Notes under the pieces: generated by a model | What the model was told of the DNA's origin: nothing | Database searches by the model: none | What the model saw: the letters and a program-made list of their open reading frames with translations, nothing else | Translations under genes and position numbers: made by a program | IMG/VR virus record: IMGVR_UViG_3300025121_000094 | Location: 1-38,587 of that record | DNA length: 38,587 nt | Origin: a virus | Taxonomy: Duplodnaviria > Caudoviricetes | Direction: 5' to 3' (one strand) | Shown: positions 28,099 to 36,950 of the stretch, one piece after another | Layout: every line of letters begins with the position of its first letter | Numbering within the stretch: position 1 is the stretch's first letter

Positions 28099-29016
28099 AT
28101 GAATAAAAACAAGAGTTATAAAAAAAACAATGTTCCAGTTAATATTGGTGGTGGTATTGCAACTAATAAACAAGAAGAATTAAACCCTAATGTTTCTGGT
28201 GCTAAAGCTAATCAAGAAGTTAAAAAACCAACTGAAGGAATAGCAACAACAGCTTTACAAGTAAGCCAAAATCAATCTGCTGAAGATACCGTTAAAGAAT
28301 TAAGCCAACAGGGTTTTGCTGTACAACAACTTCTTAAAGAAAGCTTACAAGCAAAATCTCAAGCCGCGCCTTATGTTCGTAAAATAGCTGGTGTTCAAAA
28401 AAGAATGGGTAAAATATCTATTGCCGATTATAAAGGAATACCTATAGATCAGGCTTTACAGTTAATGCGTAACGATATGGCACAACTTGACTCTGAACGT
28501 AGCTATTATCAATTAAAGCAACAAGAAACACAACAGAGTGCCACTGATTTAGTTACAGGAATTAAAGATATGTTAAATTCTCAATTAGAAGCGGCTAATT
28601 TAGAAGTTACTTATAAACAAAATGAAAGAGACTTTTTAGAACAACAAAGACAATTTAATGTACAAATGGCCGCTAAAGGTGGAGGTGGTGGTGGTGGATC
28701 TTCTACTTCTGGATCTGATGTTGATACAAAAGCATTTTTTACTGATATTTACAATATGCAAAAAAACTTAGAATCTGGATTAGTAGATTGGGGGCAAGCA
28801 TTTAATTATATAGCATTAAGACATCCAGCAAATACACCACAAGAAATAGAAGATAGAAATTATTTAATAGATCAACAATTAAATAAAGAAAAGTGGTCTA
28901 AGCCAGGAGCTTATGAGGCACAAGAAGCTCAAAGAAAAAATTTAGGAAAAACAGAACCTTCATCAGATATAAATAGTTTAATGAATACTTTAGGAATTAC
29001 TGAGCCTTTATCATAA
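28099..29016 (+). CDS. Putative ejection protein
   Basis: Q-rich coiled coil with EQQRQFN and a poly-Gly linker. Confidence 0.55.
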   Translation: MNKNKSYKKNNVPVNIGGGIATNKQEELNPNVSGAKANQEVKKPTEGIATTALQVSQNQSAEDTVKELSQQGFAVQQLLKESLQAKSQAAPYVRKIAGVQKRMGKISIADYKGIPIDQALQLMRNDMAQLDSERSYYQLKQQETQQSATDLVTGIKDMLNSQLEAANLEVTYKQNERDFLEQQRQFNVQMAAKGGGGGGGSSTSGSDVDTKAFFTDIYNMQKNLESGLVDWGQAFNYIALRHPANTPQEIEDRNYLIDQQLNKEKWSKPGAYEAQEAQRKNLGKTEPSSDINSLMNTLGITEPLS

Positions 29017-29028
29017 TAAAATATTTTT

Positions 29029-32000
29029 ATGGATTGGACAGGATTAAAGAATAATTTAAGTGGCAACACCAGTGATCCTTCTAATATAGATTGGGCATCT
29101 TTACGTAATAATTTATATATAGAACCAAAGCCAAAATTACCAATTCCAACAAAACAAACTGGTTTTTTTGGTACTATTTTAAATACTTTAAATAAAGTAC
29201 CAAGAACTGTTTTAGAACCAGAAAGAAAAGATTTATTAAATGCTCAATATAGAACATATCAACCGTCTACTTTAAAAATATCAACACCTAAACCAACACA
29301 ATTAGCACAAGCCCCACAACAATCAGAAGAGTCTAAATTTTTTCAAAACATTTTAAATAAAACAACAAAACCAATACAATATGTTTTAGGTAAACCATTA
29401 GAGTCTACTCAAAAACTTTTTAAACAAAAAACTGGTATTAGTTTACAAAATGCTTTTCAAAATAAATTAAAAGATTTTTTTACTCCTACAGAAAATGTAA
29501 GAGTAAGAGATGTATTAAGAGAATTACCAGAAACAGAAAAATCTTTTATAACCACAGGAATAAAAGGTGCTCCTGGTTTTATTATTGGAATGTTAAGAGC
29601 AATACCGAGATCAGCCGCTTCTTTGGGTTTACCAGCAGAACCAGGACAGACAACACAATTAGAAACGTCTGAATTTGGTATAGTAGGACAGGCAATTTTA
29701 GGAAAAGAACCAATTAAAGACATTAGAACATCTGGAACAGAAACATTAAAAAGTTTTGGTGTATCTGATGAAATAGCACAAAAATTTGGTATGCCTACAG
29801 GGTTAATATTTGCTGGTCTTGATGTAGTACCAATGATTGGTGGAGAAAAAAATATTATCAAAGAAATAGCATTTTCCACAGATGTAAAAAGAATAGCTAA
29901 ATTATTGCCAAAAATAATAAAAGCTGATAAAGGAGATATTAAAATTTTATCAGAAACATTAAAAAATGTTAGAACTGTTGAAGAAGTAGAAAAAACAATT
30001 AAAGAAACTTCGATTGCTATTTCTACTAGAAATTTAATTAAAGAAATACCAGATAATGTCAATCCTATTATTACCAAAGATACTGTTAATGAATTAAAAA
30101 AACAAATTTTAATTAGAGAAAGCAAAGATGCGAAAGTAGCTTTAAAAAATATTGATAATATAGATCAGCCAATTAAAAATTGGTCTGAATTAGAAAATAA
30201 ATTAAATACAGGGATTAAAGATATTAAAATAAAAAATGATATTAAAAATCATATTGACTCACATAAACTTTATTCTTTAGATGATGTCTATCAAAAGCAA
30301 GCAACCGAACGTTTAGTAAAAGAGTATCCTGAATTATTTAAAGTTGATGAAACAACAAAACCAATATCAGAAATGACAGCTAGTGAAGCCAAAGCTTCTG
30401 GTCAGTCTTTTGATGAGTGGATGAAAGGGCAGGGCAGGCCTACTTATCACGGGAGTCCAAATGCTTCAAAAATTGAACAAAATGGTTTTAAACTTGGAAA
30501 TGCCGAAAATCTAGTAAATGCGTATGGTAGAGGTGTTTACCTAACAGAAAATAAAAAGCTAGCCGGTGCGTATTCTGGTCTACCAGAAAAAGGTGGTAAA
30601 GTTTTAGAAACATATATTCCTAAAGACATAAAATTATATAAAGCTACTGAAAAACAGGCTTATACGCTTAGAAATGATGAGTTAATTGAAAAAGGATATG
30701 ATGGCATTGAGACAACCACCGCTGGAGGTAATAGAAATATTACTATTTTTGATCCAGCGGTCGTAAAAACCCGCTCCCAACTAAAAGCAGAGTGGAATAG
30801 TGCAGATAAAGTAGTAAAACCTAGGAAAGGCGCTACTTCTAAAGAAATTGAAATGGGGATAACCCCTGCTCCTAATAAAGTTACTTTGCAAAAAAATGAA
30901 ATGACTTTATTAAAAGATAGAATAAGAACACTTGCCAGAGGATCAAGGATAGGAGCTAAAGAAGCTAAAGATAATATTAAAAATATCCAAACAGATTTAA
31001 TAAGATATATAAAGGATAATCTCCCAACTTCTGAAAGAGGGCAGTTTATTTCTTTAATTAAAAATACTACAATACCAAAAAAACTGGATGTGGCTAGTGA
31101 TAGGATTAGTAATACTATTAAAGATTTTAATGAGGTTAATCGTTTACTTAAATTAGCTGGAAATAAAAAAGAAAAAATAGCTTTTATTAAAAATCAATAT
31201 GAGCTTAATCAAAGTGTGGCTAATGAAATTAAAAAAGAAGTTGGCATTACTAATTGGCAAAAGGCTACACCAAAACAATTAGATGAAATGTTGGTTAAAT
31301 TAAAACAACGTTCTATTTTTAAAGTTAAAGCTGGTTATAAATTAGTAGATAAAGATGCTAAAATTATTGTTGATCCAAAAATATATGAACAAGCAATTCC
31401 TGAAAAAAGTATTATTATTCCTGATGTTGAAAAATTAAAATCAACAGGTCATAAAACAGTACAACAAATTGATGAAAAAATTGGTATATTATCTACTAGA
31501 ATAAAAAACATTTCACCAGAATTAGCATCAAGATTCAGGCGTAGAGAATTTGATACTGGAACTAAAATCATTGAACGTAGTAAGATTGTTGAACCTTTAT
31601 TAAAAAAAGCAAAAAAAATAAATAAACAAGACAGAGCGGTTTTAAAATTAGCTCAATTAAATGGAGATGTTAATAAAGTACAAGAAATATTTTCTAAATA
31701 TAATTTAATAAAAGAAGGAAAAAATACTCGTTCTGTTTTAGATAATCTTTTTAAAGAAGGTAATGATGTTGGAATGGAAATGGGACATAATCCTGAATAT
31801 TGGACGCGTAGAATTAAAGATCCAAAAGGACTTGTAAAATATTTTTATGGTACAGAAGAAAGACCAATCATTGAACAAGCATTTCAACAATTTAAAATAA
31901 AATGGGGCAGAGATCCAAAGATAGAAGAAAGGGCTAATATTATAAACAAAATGATGAGAGGATACCAGGGTGGTGGTGGTATTAGTTTATCATTACCAGG

Positions 32001-33633
32001 AGCGGCCAAAGCTCGTAAGATTGATATTATTGATAATGAGTTGGCTAAATTTTATGATGATCCAATGAAAGCATTGCCTGGGTATATTGAAATGATGACT
32101 GATCAAATAGAAACAAGAAAATTATTTGGTAAACATAAAATACAAATAGATGGATTATTAAATATAGATCAAACTATTGGTAGTTATGTAGACGATCTTT
32201 TAATTAAAGGAAAATTAAAATTAGGTGATGATGTTTTATTAAAAAAACTTTTAACTGCTAGATTTGAAAATTATAAAAATGAATTAGGAATATTTAGTGT
32301 TTTTAAAAATATTACTTATTCGTCTATTTTGGGAAATCCAATCAATGCTTTAAGTAATTTACAAGACCTTGGAATGACAACGGCAGAAGCTCCAGTGTCA
32401 ACATTGCCTGAATTTTTTAAAACTATATTTCGTCAAAATAAAATAAAACTAGAAGATATTGGAATAGCAAAATCATTAGCGGAAGAATTTAATGATAAAG
32501 GAATATTAGCAAAAATGGTTAGGGCTACTTTTAAAACAGGATTTGATTTTGCTGATAGACTTGGAAAAGAAACTTTAATAAATGCTATAAGAAATAAAAT
32601 ACAAAAACAAGCACTTAAAGATTCTGATGATTTAGTTATAAGGTTAATGGATACTTTTGGAAATGATGAAAAAACAGTAAAACAAGTAATAAATGATCTA
32701 AAAATTGGATACGATACTTATGATACTAAATTTGTTTTGGCAAATGAGATATATAAAAAACAACCAGTTACTAAATTAGAAATGCCAGAGTATTATTTAA
32801 CTCATCCAAATATGAGAATTGCTTATATGATGAGATCATATCAATTAAAACAATTAGATGTGTTAAGAAATGAGGTGTGGAATGTTGCCAAAACCAATCC
32901 TATCAAAGGTTTTAAAAATTTACTTAGAATATCTACCGGATTATTGGTTTCCGGTGTTGCTGTAGATGAATTAAAAGATTTTCTTTTAGGTAAAAAAGTA
33001 TCTTTTAAAGATCATGTTTTAAATAATTTACTTAAAATTGTTGGTTTTAGTAGATATACTTTTACTGGTTTTTCTAAAACATCAAGTATTTCTAAAACAA
33101 TTTTAGAAGATTATATTATCCCTCCAACCAATATTATTGATGATTTATATACTGATATTTCAAATGAATTTACAGACTTTGATCCTAAAATAGATTTTAG
33201 TCAATGGAAATCTATTAAAAATATTCCTGTTTTTGGTAAACTTTATTATTATTGGTTTGGAGAAGGAGCAGAACAAACAAAAAAATATCAAATAAAAGAT
33301 ACTCCACAAAAAATTTATGATAACCTTAAAAATGCAGATACATCAGAAGAAAAAAAACAAATTTTAATAGACTCTTTAAAGTCTGGAGAATTAAATGAAG
33401 ATAATTTTAATAAATTTACATCATTGGTTAAAGAAGAAAGTTTAGGATTAACAACAAGAGAACAGTCTTTAAAAAATGCTAATTTAGAAGATAGGGCTTC
33501 CTATATTATAAGCACAGTTAAAGATATAAATAGCTCTGATGAAAAAAAACAATATTTAGCTGATTTAGAAAAAAAAGGTATCCTAACTAAAGGGGTACTT
33601 GAAGAAATGGTAAAAATAGTTAATAATAAGTAA
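29029..33633 (+). CDS. Large ejection/polyvalent-type protein with ART-like domain
   Basis: 1534 aa helical protein; YHGS..GRGVYLT..GYDGI..IFDP segment. Confidence 0.7.
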   Translation: MDWTGLKNNLSGNTSDPSNIDWASLRNNLYIEPKPKLPIPTKQTGFFGTILNTLNKVPRTVLEPERKDLLNAQYRTYQPSTLKISTPKPTQLAQAPQQSEESKFFQNILNKTTKPIQYVLGKPLESTQKLFKQKTGISLQNAFQNKLKDFFTPTENVRVRDVLRELPETEKSFITTGIKGAPGFIIGMLRAIPRSAASLGLPAEPGQTTQLETSEFGIVGQAILGKEPIKDIRTSGTETLKSFGVSDEIAQKFGMPTGLIFAGLDVVPMIGGEKNIIKEIAFSTDVKRIAKLLPKIIKADKGDIKILSETLKNVRTVEEVEKTIKETSIAISTRNLIKEIPDNVNPIITKDTVNELKKQILIRESKDAKVALKNIDNIDQPIKNWSELENKLNTGIKDIKIKNDIKNHIDSHKLYSLDDVYQKQATERLVKEYPELFKVDETTKPISEMTASEAKASGQSFDEWMKGQGRPTYHGSPNASKIEQNGFKLGNAENLVNAYGRGVYLTENKKLAGAYSGLPEKGGKVLETYIPKDIKLYKATEKQAYTLRNDELIEKGYDGIETTTAGGNRNITIFDPAVVKTRSQLKAEWNSADKVVKPRKGATSKEIEMGITPAPNKVTLQKNEMTLLKDRIRTLARGSRIGAKEAKDNIKNIQTDLIRYIKDNLPTSERGQFISLIKNTTIPKKLDVASDRISNTIKDFNEVNRLLKLAGNKKEKIAFIKNQYELNQSVANEIKKEVGITNWQKATPKQLDEMLVKLKQRSIFKVKAGYKLVDKDAKIIVDPKIYEQAIPEKSIIIPDVEKLKSTGHKTVQQIDEKIGILSTRIKNISPELASRFRRREFDTGTKIIERSKIVEPLLKKAKKINKQDRAVLKLAQLNGDVNKVQEIFSKYNLIKEGKNTRSVLDNLFKEGNDVGMEMGHNPEYWTRRIKDPKGLVKYFYGTEERPIIEQAFQQFKIKWGRDPKIEERANIINKMMRGYQGGGGISLSLPGAAKARKIDIIDNELAKFYDDPMKALPGYIEMMTDQIETRKLFGKHKIQIDGLLNIDQTIGSYVDDLLIKGKLKLGDDVLLKKLLTARFENYKNELGIFSVFKNITYSSILGNPINALSNLQDLGMTTAEAPVSTLPEFFKTIFRQNKIKLEDIGIAKSLAEEFNDKGILAKMVRATFKTGFDFADRLGKETLINAIRNKIQKQALKDSDDLVIRLMDTFGNDEKTVKQVINDLKIGYDTYDTKFVLANEIYKKQPVTKLEMPEYYLTHPNMRIAYMMRSYQLKQLDVLRNEVWNVAKTNPIKGFKNLLRISTGLLVSGVAVDELKDFLLGKKVSFKDHVLNNLLKIVGFSRYTFTGFSKTSSISKTILEDYIIPPTNIIDDLYTDISNEFTDFDPKIDFSQWKSIKNIPVFGKLYYYWFGEGAEQTKKYQIKDTPQKIYDNLKNADTSEEKKQILIDSLKSGELNEDNFNKFTSLVKEESLGLTTREQSLKNANLEDRASYIISTVKDINSSDEKKQYLADLEKKGILTKGVLEEMVKIVNNK

Positions 33634-33640
33634 TATAAAT

Positions 33641-33817
33641 ATGCCCTTAACAAAAAACATCAGTAAAAATATCTCTGAATTAGTCAAAGATAATAAGAAA
33701 AAAGGTAAAACCAGAGGTGCTGACGGTAAATTAAGAAGCAAAAAACAAATTATTACTATTGCTATTAGTGCCTCAAAGAGAACTAAAAAACGCAAGAAGA
33801 ATAAAAAACGTAAATAA
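33641..33817 (+). CDS. 58 aa basic protein, DUF6496-like (not in ORF track)
   Basis: MPLTKNISKNISELV...RSKKQIITIAISASKR... Confidence 0.65.
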   Translation: MPLTKNISKNISELVKDNKKKGKTRGADGKLRSKKQIITIAISASKRTKKRKKNKKRK

Positions 33818-33818
33818 T

Positions 33819-34232
33819 ATGGAAGATAAAACATGTTTTCTAGGCTTTCCAGAAATTCAAGAAAAACTCAAGGGCTCACAAGAAGACCATGATTTGTTAG
33901 TTGTATTAAATACAACCATGGAAAACATGCAAAAAGAGGTTAGACATTACATGGATACTAAAGCTAATAAAGAAATCACTAATGAAAAATTTATACAAAT
34001 TAAAAATGATTTTTTAGAATGGAAAAAAGATATACAAGATACAATTACATCAATTACCAATCCTATTTCTGAAGAAATTAGAAATATAAAAGAAATACAA
34101 AAAAACGATAAACTAGATATTGGTAAATTACAATTATCAAAAGCTAAAGCTGTTGGTGGTTATTTAGCCGCCTCCACCCTGGGAGGTATAATTGTTACTA
34201 TTGCTAGTTTATTTTTAAATATTATTAAATAA
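33819..34232 (+). CDS. Coiled-coil protein with C-terminal TM (lysis-associated?)
   Basis: Start moved to ATG 33819; directly upstream of the endolysin. Confidence 0.6.
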   Translation: MEDKTCFLGFPEIQEKLKGSQEDHDLLVVLNTTMENMQKEVRHYMDTKANKEITNEKFIQIKNDFLEWKKDIQDTITSITNPISEEIRNIKEIQKNDKLDIGKLQLSKAKAVGGYLAASTLGGIIVTIASLFLNIIK

Positions 34233-34236
34233 TTTT

Positions 34237-34845
34237 ATGGATGATATACAAAGAAAACAAAATAATGAAAATTTAATATCTGGTATTTATGAAACATTTA
34301 AGCCAATGGTTATTGATTTTCTTGAAGCAAGTGAAAAAGAATTTAAACCGCGCATATTATATGGTTATCGTTCTATTCAAGAACAAAATGAAATTTATGC
34401 ACAAGGAAGAACAAAACCAGGAAAAATAGTAACCAATGCTAAAGGTGGTCAATCATTTCATAATTTTGGTCTTGCTATTGATATATATCCCGAAATTGGA
34501 GGCTATAATGCTAACTTTAATCGTTTAGGTGAAATAGCTAAACTGTTTGGAATTGAACATGGTGATAGGGGATATATAGATTTACCACACTTCCAATATC
34601 GTGGTGGTTTAAGCCTTCAAGATGTCCAACAAGGTAAAAGACCACCATTTTTAGATAAGTATAATAATCAATTAACAAAAGAACAAATGGAAGAATTAAA
34701 AAAAATTATTGCTGATTTAAAAACAAATTTACAACAGCAAATTAATAAAATTCAAAATGATATTAAAAAACTTTATAATAGAGTATCTATTAGAAAAGAT
34801 GAAAATATCAAACAAGAAAAAGAAATAAAAAATCTTAAAAAATAA
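34237..34845 (+). CDS. Endolysin, M15 family L-Ala-D-Glu peptidase
   Basis: GYRSIQEQ..YAQGRT..SFHNFGLAID..DLPHFQ. Confidence 0.9.
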   Translation: MDDIQRKQNNENLISGIYETFKPMVIDFLEASEKEFKPRILYGYRSIQEQNEIYAQGRTKPGKIVTNAKGGQSFHNFGLAIDIYPEIGGYNANFNRLGEIAKLFGIEHGDRGYIDLPHFQYRGGLSLQDVQQGKRPPFLDKYNNQLTKEQMEELKKIIADLKTNLQQQINKIQNDIKKLYNRVSIRKDENIKQEKEIKNLKK

Positions 34846-34846
34846 T

Positions 34847-35038
34847 ATGGATACTATAGAAGCTAGCTTAAATGATATTGTGTTAAGACGATATAAAAAT
34901 AAACTATATCTAAAAGTAAAAACTGGTTGGAAGGAAATTACTAAAAAAAGAAAAGTTGATTTTCTTATCAGTCTATTTCTTGGTAATAATTGTATAAGAA
35001 TAACTAAAAAACCAGATTCTATAGTTGGTAAATATTAA
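34847..35038 (+). CDS. Hypothetical protein
   Basis: ORF in lysis region. Confidence 0.55.
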   Translation: MDTIEASLNDIVLRRYKNKLYLKVKTGWKEITKKRKVDFLISLFLGNNCIRITKKPDSIVGKY

Positions 35039-35078
35039 ATAATATGTATATATTTTTTAGAAAGGAGGTGTGTAATAT

Positions 35079-35255
35079 ATGAAAAAAGCTAAAAAGAAAG
35101 TTGTTAAAAAACCAGCAAAGAAAGCTGTTAAAAAAGTAATAAAAAAAACTGTTAAAAAAAGTAAATCAGGATCTCACAAAATGCCAAACGGTATGATGAT
35201 GTCTGATAAAGAAATGATGATGAAAAAGAAGAAAAAAATGAGAATGAAAAAATAA
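35079..35255 (+). CDS. 58 aa Lys-rich histone-H1-like peptide with HKMPNGMMM motif (not in ORF track)
   Basis: Strong SD AAAGGAGGTG; MKKAKKKVVKKPAKKAVKK... Confidence 0.7.
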   Translation: MKKAKKKVVKKPAKKAVKKVIKKTVKKSKSGSHKMPNGMMMSDKEMMMKKKKKMRMKK

Positions 35256-35264
35256 ATAATTACT

Positions 35265-35516
35265 ATGGACAATTTATTATTTAGCCCATTTATTATCGCG
35301 GCTTTATCTGCTGGAATAATAGAAGTTAGTAAAAAAGCAGGTTTAAATCCAAAATATGCAGGATTGGCAAGCTTATGGATAGGTTTATTGTTTGGCTTAA
35401 TTTATGCACTTTTAGACATTACAACTCCATTATTATATGGTATTATCGGTGGAATTATGGGTGGCTTAATGGCTTCAGGTGCTTATTCAGGAACAAAAAG
35501 CGTTATTCAAAAATAA
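35265..35516 (+). CDS. Holin
   Basis: Three hydrophobic segments; EVSKKAG..KY and GLMASGAYSGTK motifs. Confidence 0.85.
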   Translation: MDNLLFSPFIIAALSAGIIEVSKKAGLNPKYAGLASLWIGLLFGLIYALLDITTPLLYGIIGGIMGGLMASGAYSGTKSVIQK

Positions 35517-35519
35517 CAT

Positions 35520-35535
35520 TGTTCCACGTGGAACA
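35520..35535. promoter_or_regulatory. parS: parS centromere-like site
   Basis: Perfect palindrome TGTTCCACGTGGAACA, matching the chromosomal ParB-binding consensus; intergenic. Confidence 0.85.
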
Positions 35536-35538
35536 TTA

Positions 35539-35575
35539 TTAAAAGGCTTGTTGGTAATACTACAGGCCTTTTTAA
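35539..35575. terminator. Bidirectional terminator between convergent arms
   Basis: AAAAGGCTTGT...ACAGGCCTTTTT. Confidence 0.75.
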
Positions 35576-35700
35576 GTACCTAAATTCGTTAAAATTTGCC
35601 ACCTAGGAGAAATTTTAAGGTTAAAAAGATAGATAATATCGTTTAAATAAAAATTGAGCCTTTTTAACGTGATTGCTCGGCACGGTTTAGGTTGTCTCAT
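35572..35700 (-). CDS. Possible 42 aa last ORF of cassette B
   Basis: AGGAGAG upstream of ATG, but it runs through the 3' pairing arm. Confidence 0.3.
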   Translation of the reverse strand: MRQPKPCRAITLKRLNFYLNDIIYLFNLKISPRWQILTNLGT

Positions 35701-35720
35701 CTCTTGACTCTCCTGTTGTT

Positions 35721-35933
35721 TTACCTTATGGCGCTGAAAGAGCGCCTCTTCATCAAGTACCGCGAATTGCTGGCGATCTGATGTCGGTTGTAGGTAGTAC
35801 GATAATCTTCGCAAACCTGTCTTTTGTGAGACAGGTCGCAACGATCACAATACTTACAGTCTACACAGGGGTGGTTTGTGAGTTCTACAGGCACGGGGGT
35901 GTCGTGGAGCTCTTGAACTGTGACGCTTCCCAT
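35721..35933 (-). CDS. Cys-cluster protein, cassette B
   Basis: CVDCKYCDRC...C; purine-rich leader. Confidence 0.6.
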   Translation of the reverse strand: MGSVTVQELHDTPVPVELTNHPCVDCKYCDRCDLSHKRQVCEDYRTTYNRHQIASNSRYLMKRRSFSAIR

Positions 35934-36142
35934 TCCGTCCTCTTTTCTAGGCTTGTAAGTTCGAGATTTACCTCGACCTCATACCGAAAAGGTTTACCAA
36001 CAGTTTGACAAAAATGGCAATCAACAAACGCTTTGATGATGCCATATCTTCCAAGGTTAGTGTGTTTCAAGTTTCCAAACGCCATATAAACCATAAGCGC
36101 TTGGCCACACTCAGGACAAGAAAGTTGCAAATTACTTTTCAC
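35885..36142 (-). CDS. Zn-ribbon protein, cassette B (paralog 2)
   Basis: GTG start after AAAGGAGAGAGGA; CPECG...VDCHFC...PF. Confidence 0.7.
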   Translation of the reverse strand: MKSNLQLSCPECGQALMVYMAFGNLKHTNLGRYGIIKAFVDCHFCQTVGKPFRYEVEVNLELTSLEKRTEWEASQFKSSTTPPCL

Positions 36143-36270
36143 TCCTCTCTCCTTTCTTCTTGGCAAAGTTGTTCTGGCTCGTACCGAATTGTGGAGTATA
36201 TAACCCCGAAAAAAAACCCAAGAATAAAACAAAACAACCCTACAATAATACAAACCAAAAGCTCAAACAC
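36139..36270 (-). CDS. 43 aa single-TM peptide, cassette B (not in ORF track)
   Basis: GTG after GAAAGGG; MFELLVCIIVGLFCFILGFFFGVIYSTIRYEPEQLCQEERREE; GTGA overlap with next ORF. Confidence 0.65.
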   Translation of the reverse strand: MFELLVCIIVGLFCFILGFFFGVIYSTIRYEPEQLCQEERREE

Positions 36271-36272
36271 GT

Positions 36273-36491
36273 TTACCCTTTCAATTTCTTGATGTTTGCT
36301 TCTGTTGGCTCAATACACACTGTAATTTGAGCCTTAAACTGAAATGGACGACAAGCGTGTTTACAGATTTGGCAGTCTACCTGGGTAACAGATGTACCGT
36401 AGATCACATCATGACCCATGTGGATGTTTTCACCACTCAACACAGTCGCACACAAACTTCCACATTTTGGACATAGAAAATTGAAGTGCAT
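36273..36491 (-). CDS. Zn-ribbon protein, cassette B (paralog 1)
   Basis: ATG 36491 after GGAGGA; CPKCG...VDCQIC...PF. Confidence 0.7.
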   Translation of the reverse strand: MHFNFLCPKCGSLCATVLSGENIHMGHDVIYGTSVTQVDCQICKHACRPFQFKAQITVCIEPTEANIKKLKG

Positions 36492-36661
36492 CACTTTAAA
36501 TCCTCCAGTAAGAGATCCCATTGGTCATGGCAATTTGCCATACACTCTGCGTCGAAGATATATTCAATCTCAGCTATTCCCTCAGCGAAAAATCTATCGT
36601 TGAGTTCACAAGCGAGACAGTATATTATTCCCCAAAGAATATCACTGATAAACTGTTTCAT
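36491..36661 (-). CDS. 56 aa acidic peptide, first ORF of cassette B (not in ORF track)
   Basis: SD GAAAGGG; MKQFISDILWGIIYCLACELND...; TGATG overlap with next ORF. Confidence 0.65.
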   Translation of the reverse strand: MKQFISDILWGIIYCLACELNDRFFAEGIAEIEYIFDAECMANCHDQWDLLLEDLK

Positions 36662-36815
36662 TTTTTACCCTTTCAAGGTGCAAGAAAATTAACAACCTAA
36701 TAAAGCAGAGAAAAAACGAGTAGCATATTGCCACATAACATAGCGTCGCTCCTTGGCTTTTAATTTTCTCATGCTTTTTTAGATGGTTAATTTTTTGATA
36801 TAATAAATAATCCTG

Positions 36816-36950
36816 CTAAAAAGTTATATCACTTTCTACTTCGTTACCCCAGACATCCCAGCTTGTATTGTCTTTCTCTCGCCAGATTTGCAATCTATGC
36901 CCACCAACTTCAAGTGGTAATTTGTCTATAATTAAATCTAATTCGTTCAT
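36816..36950 (-). CDS. 44 aa hypothetical peptide (not in ORF track)
   Basis: ATGA overlap with the upstream frame. Confidence 0.35.
   Translation of the reverse strand: MNELDLIIDKLPLEVGGHRLQIWREKDNTSWDVWGNEVESDITF

Noticed and set aside
29457-30125. 222 aa minus-strand ORF and other antisense ORFs within structural genes
   Set aside because: Antisense shadows of long plus-strand genes with no recognisable motifs
35781-36692. Plus-strand ORFs over cassette B
   Set aside because: The minus-strand ORFs have SDs, coupled starts and Cys motifs; the plus-strand ones do not
36784-36799. 16-bp repeat TGGTTAATTTTTTGAT also at 38381-38396
   Set aside because: AT-rich, one copy is coding, and there is no supporting context
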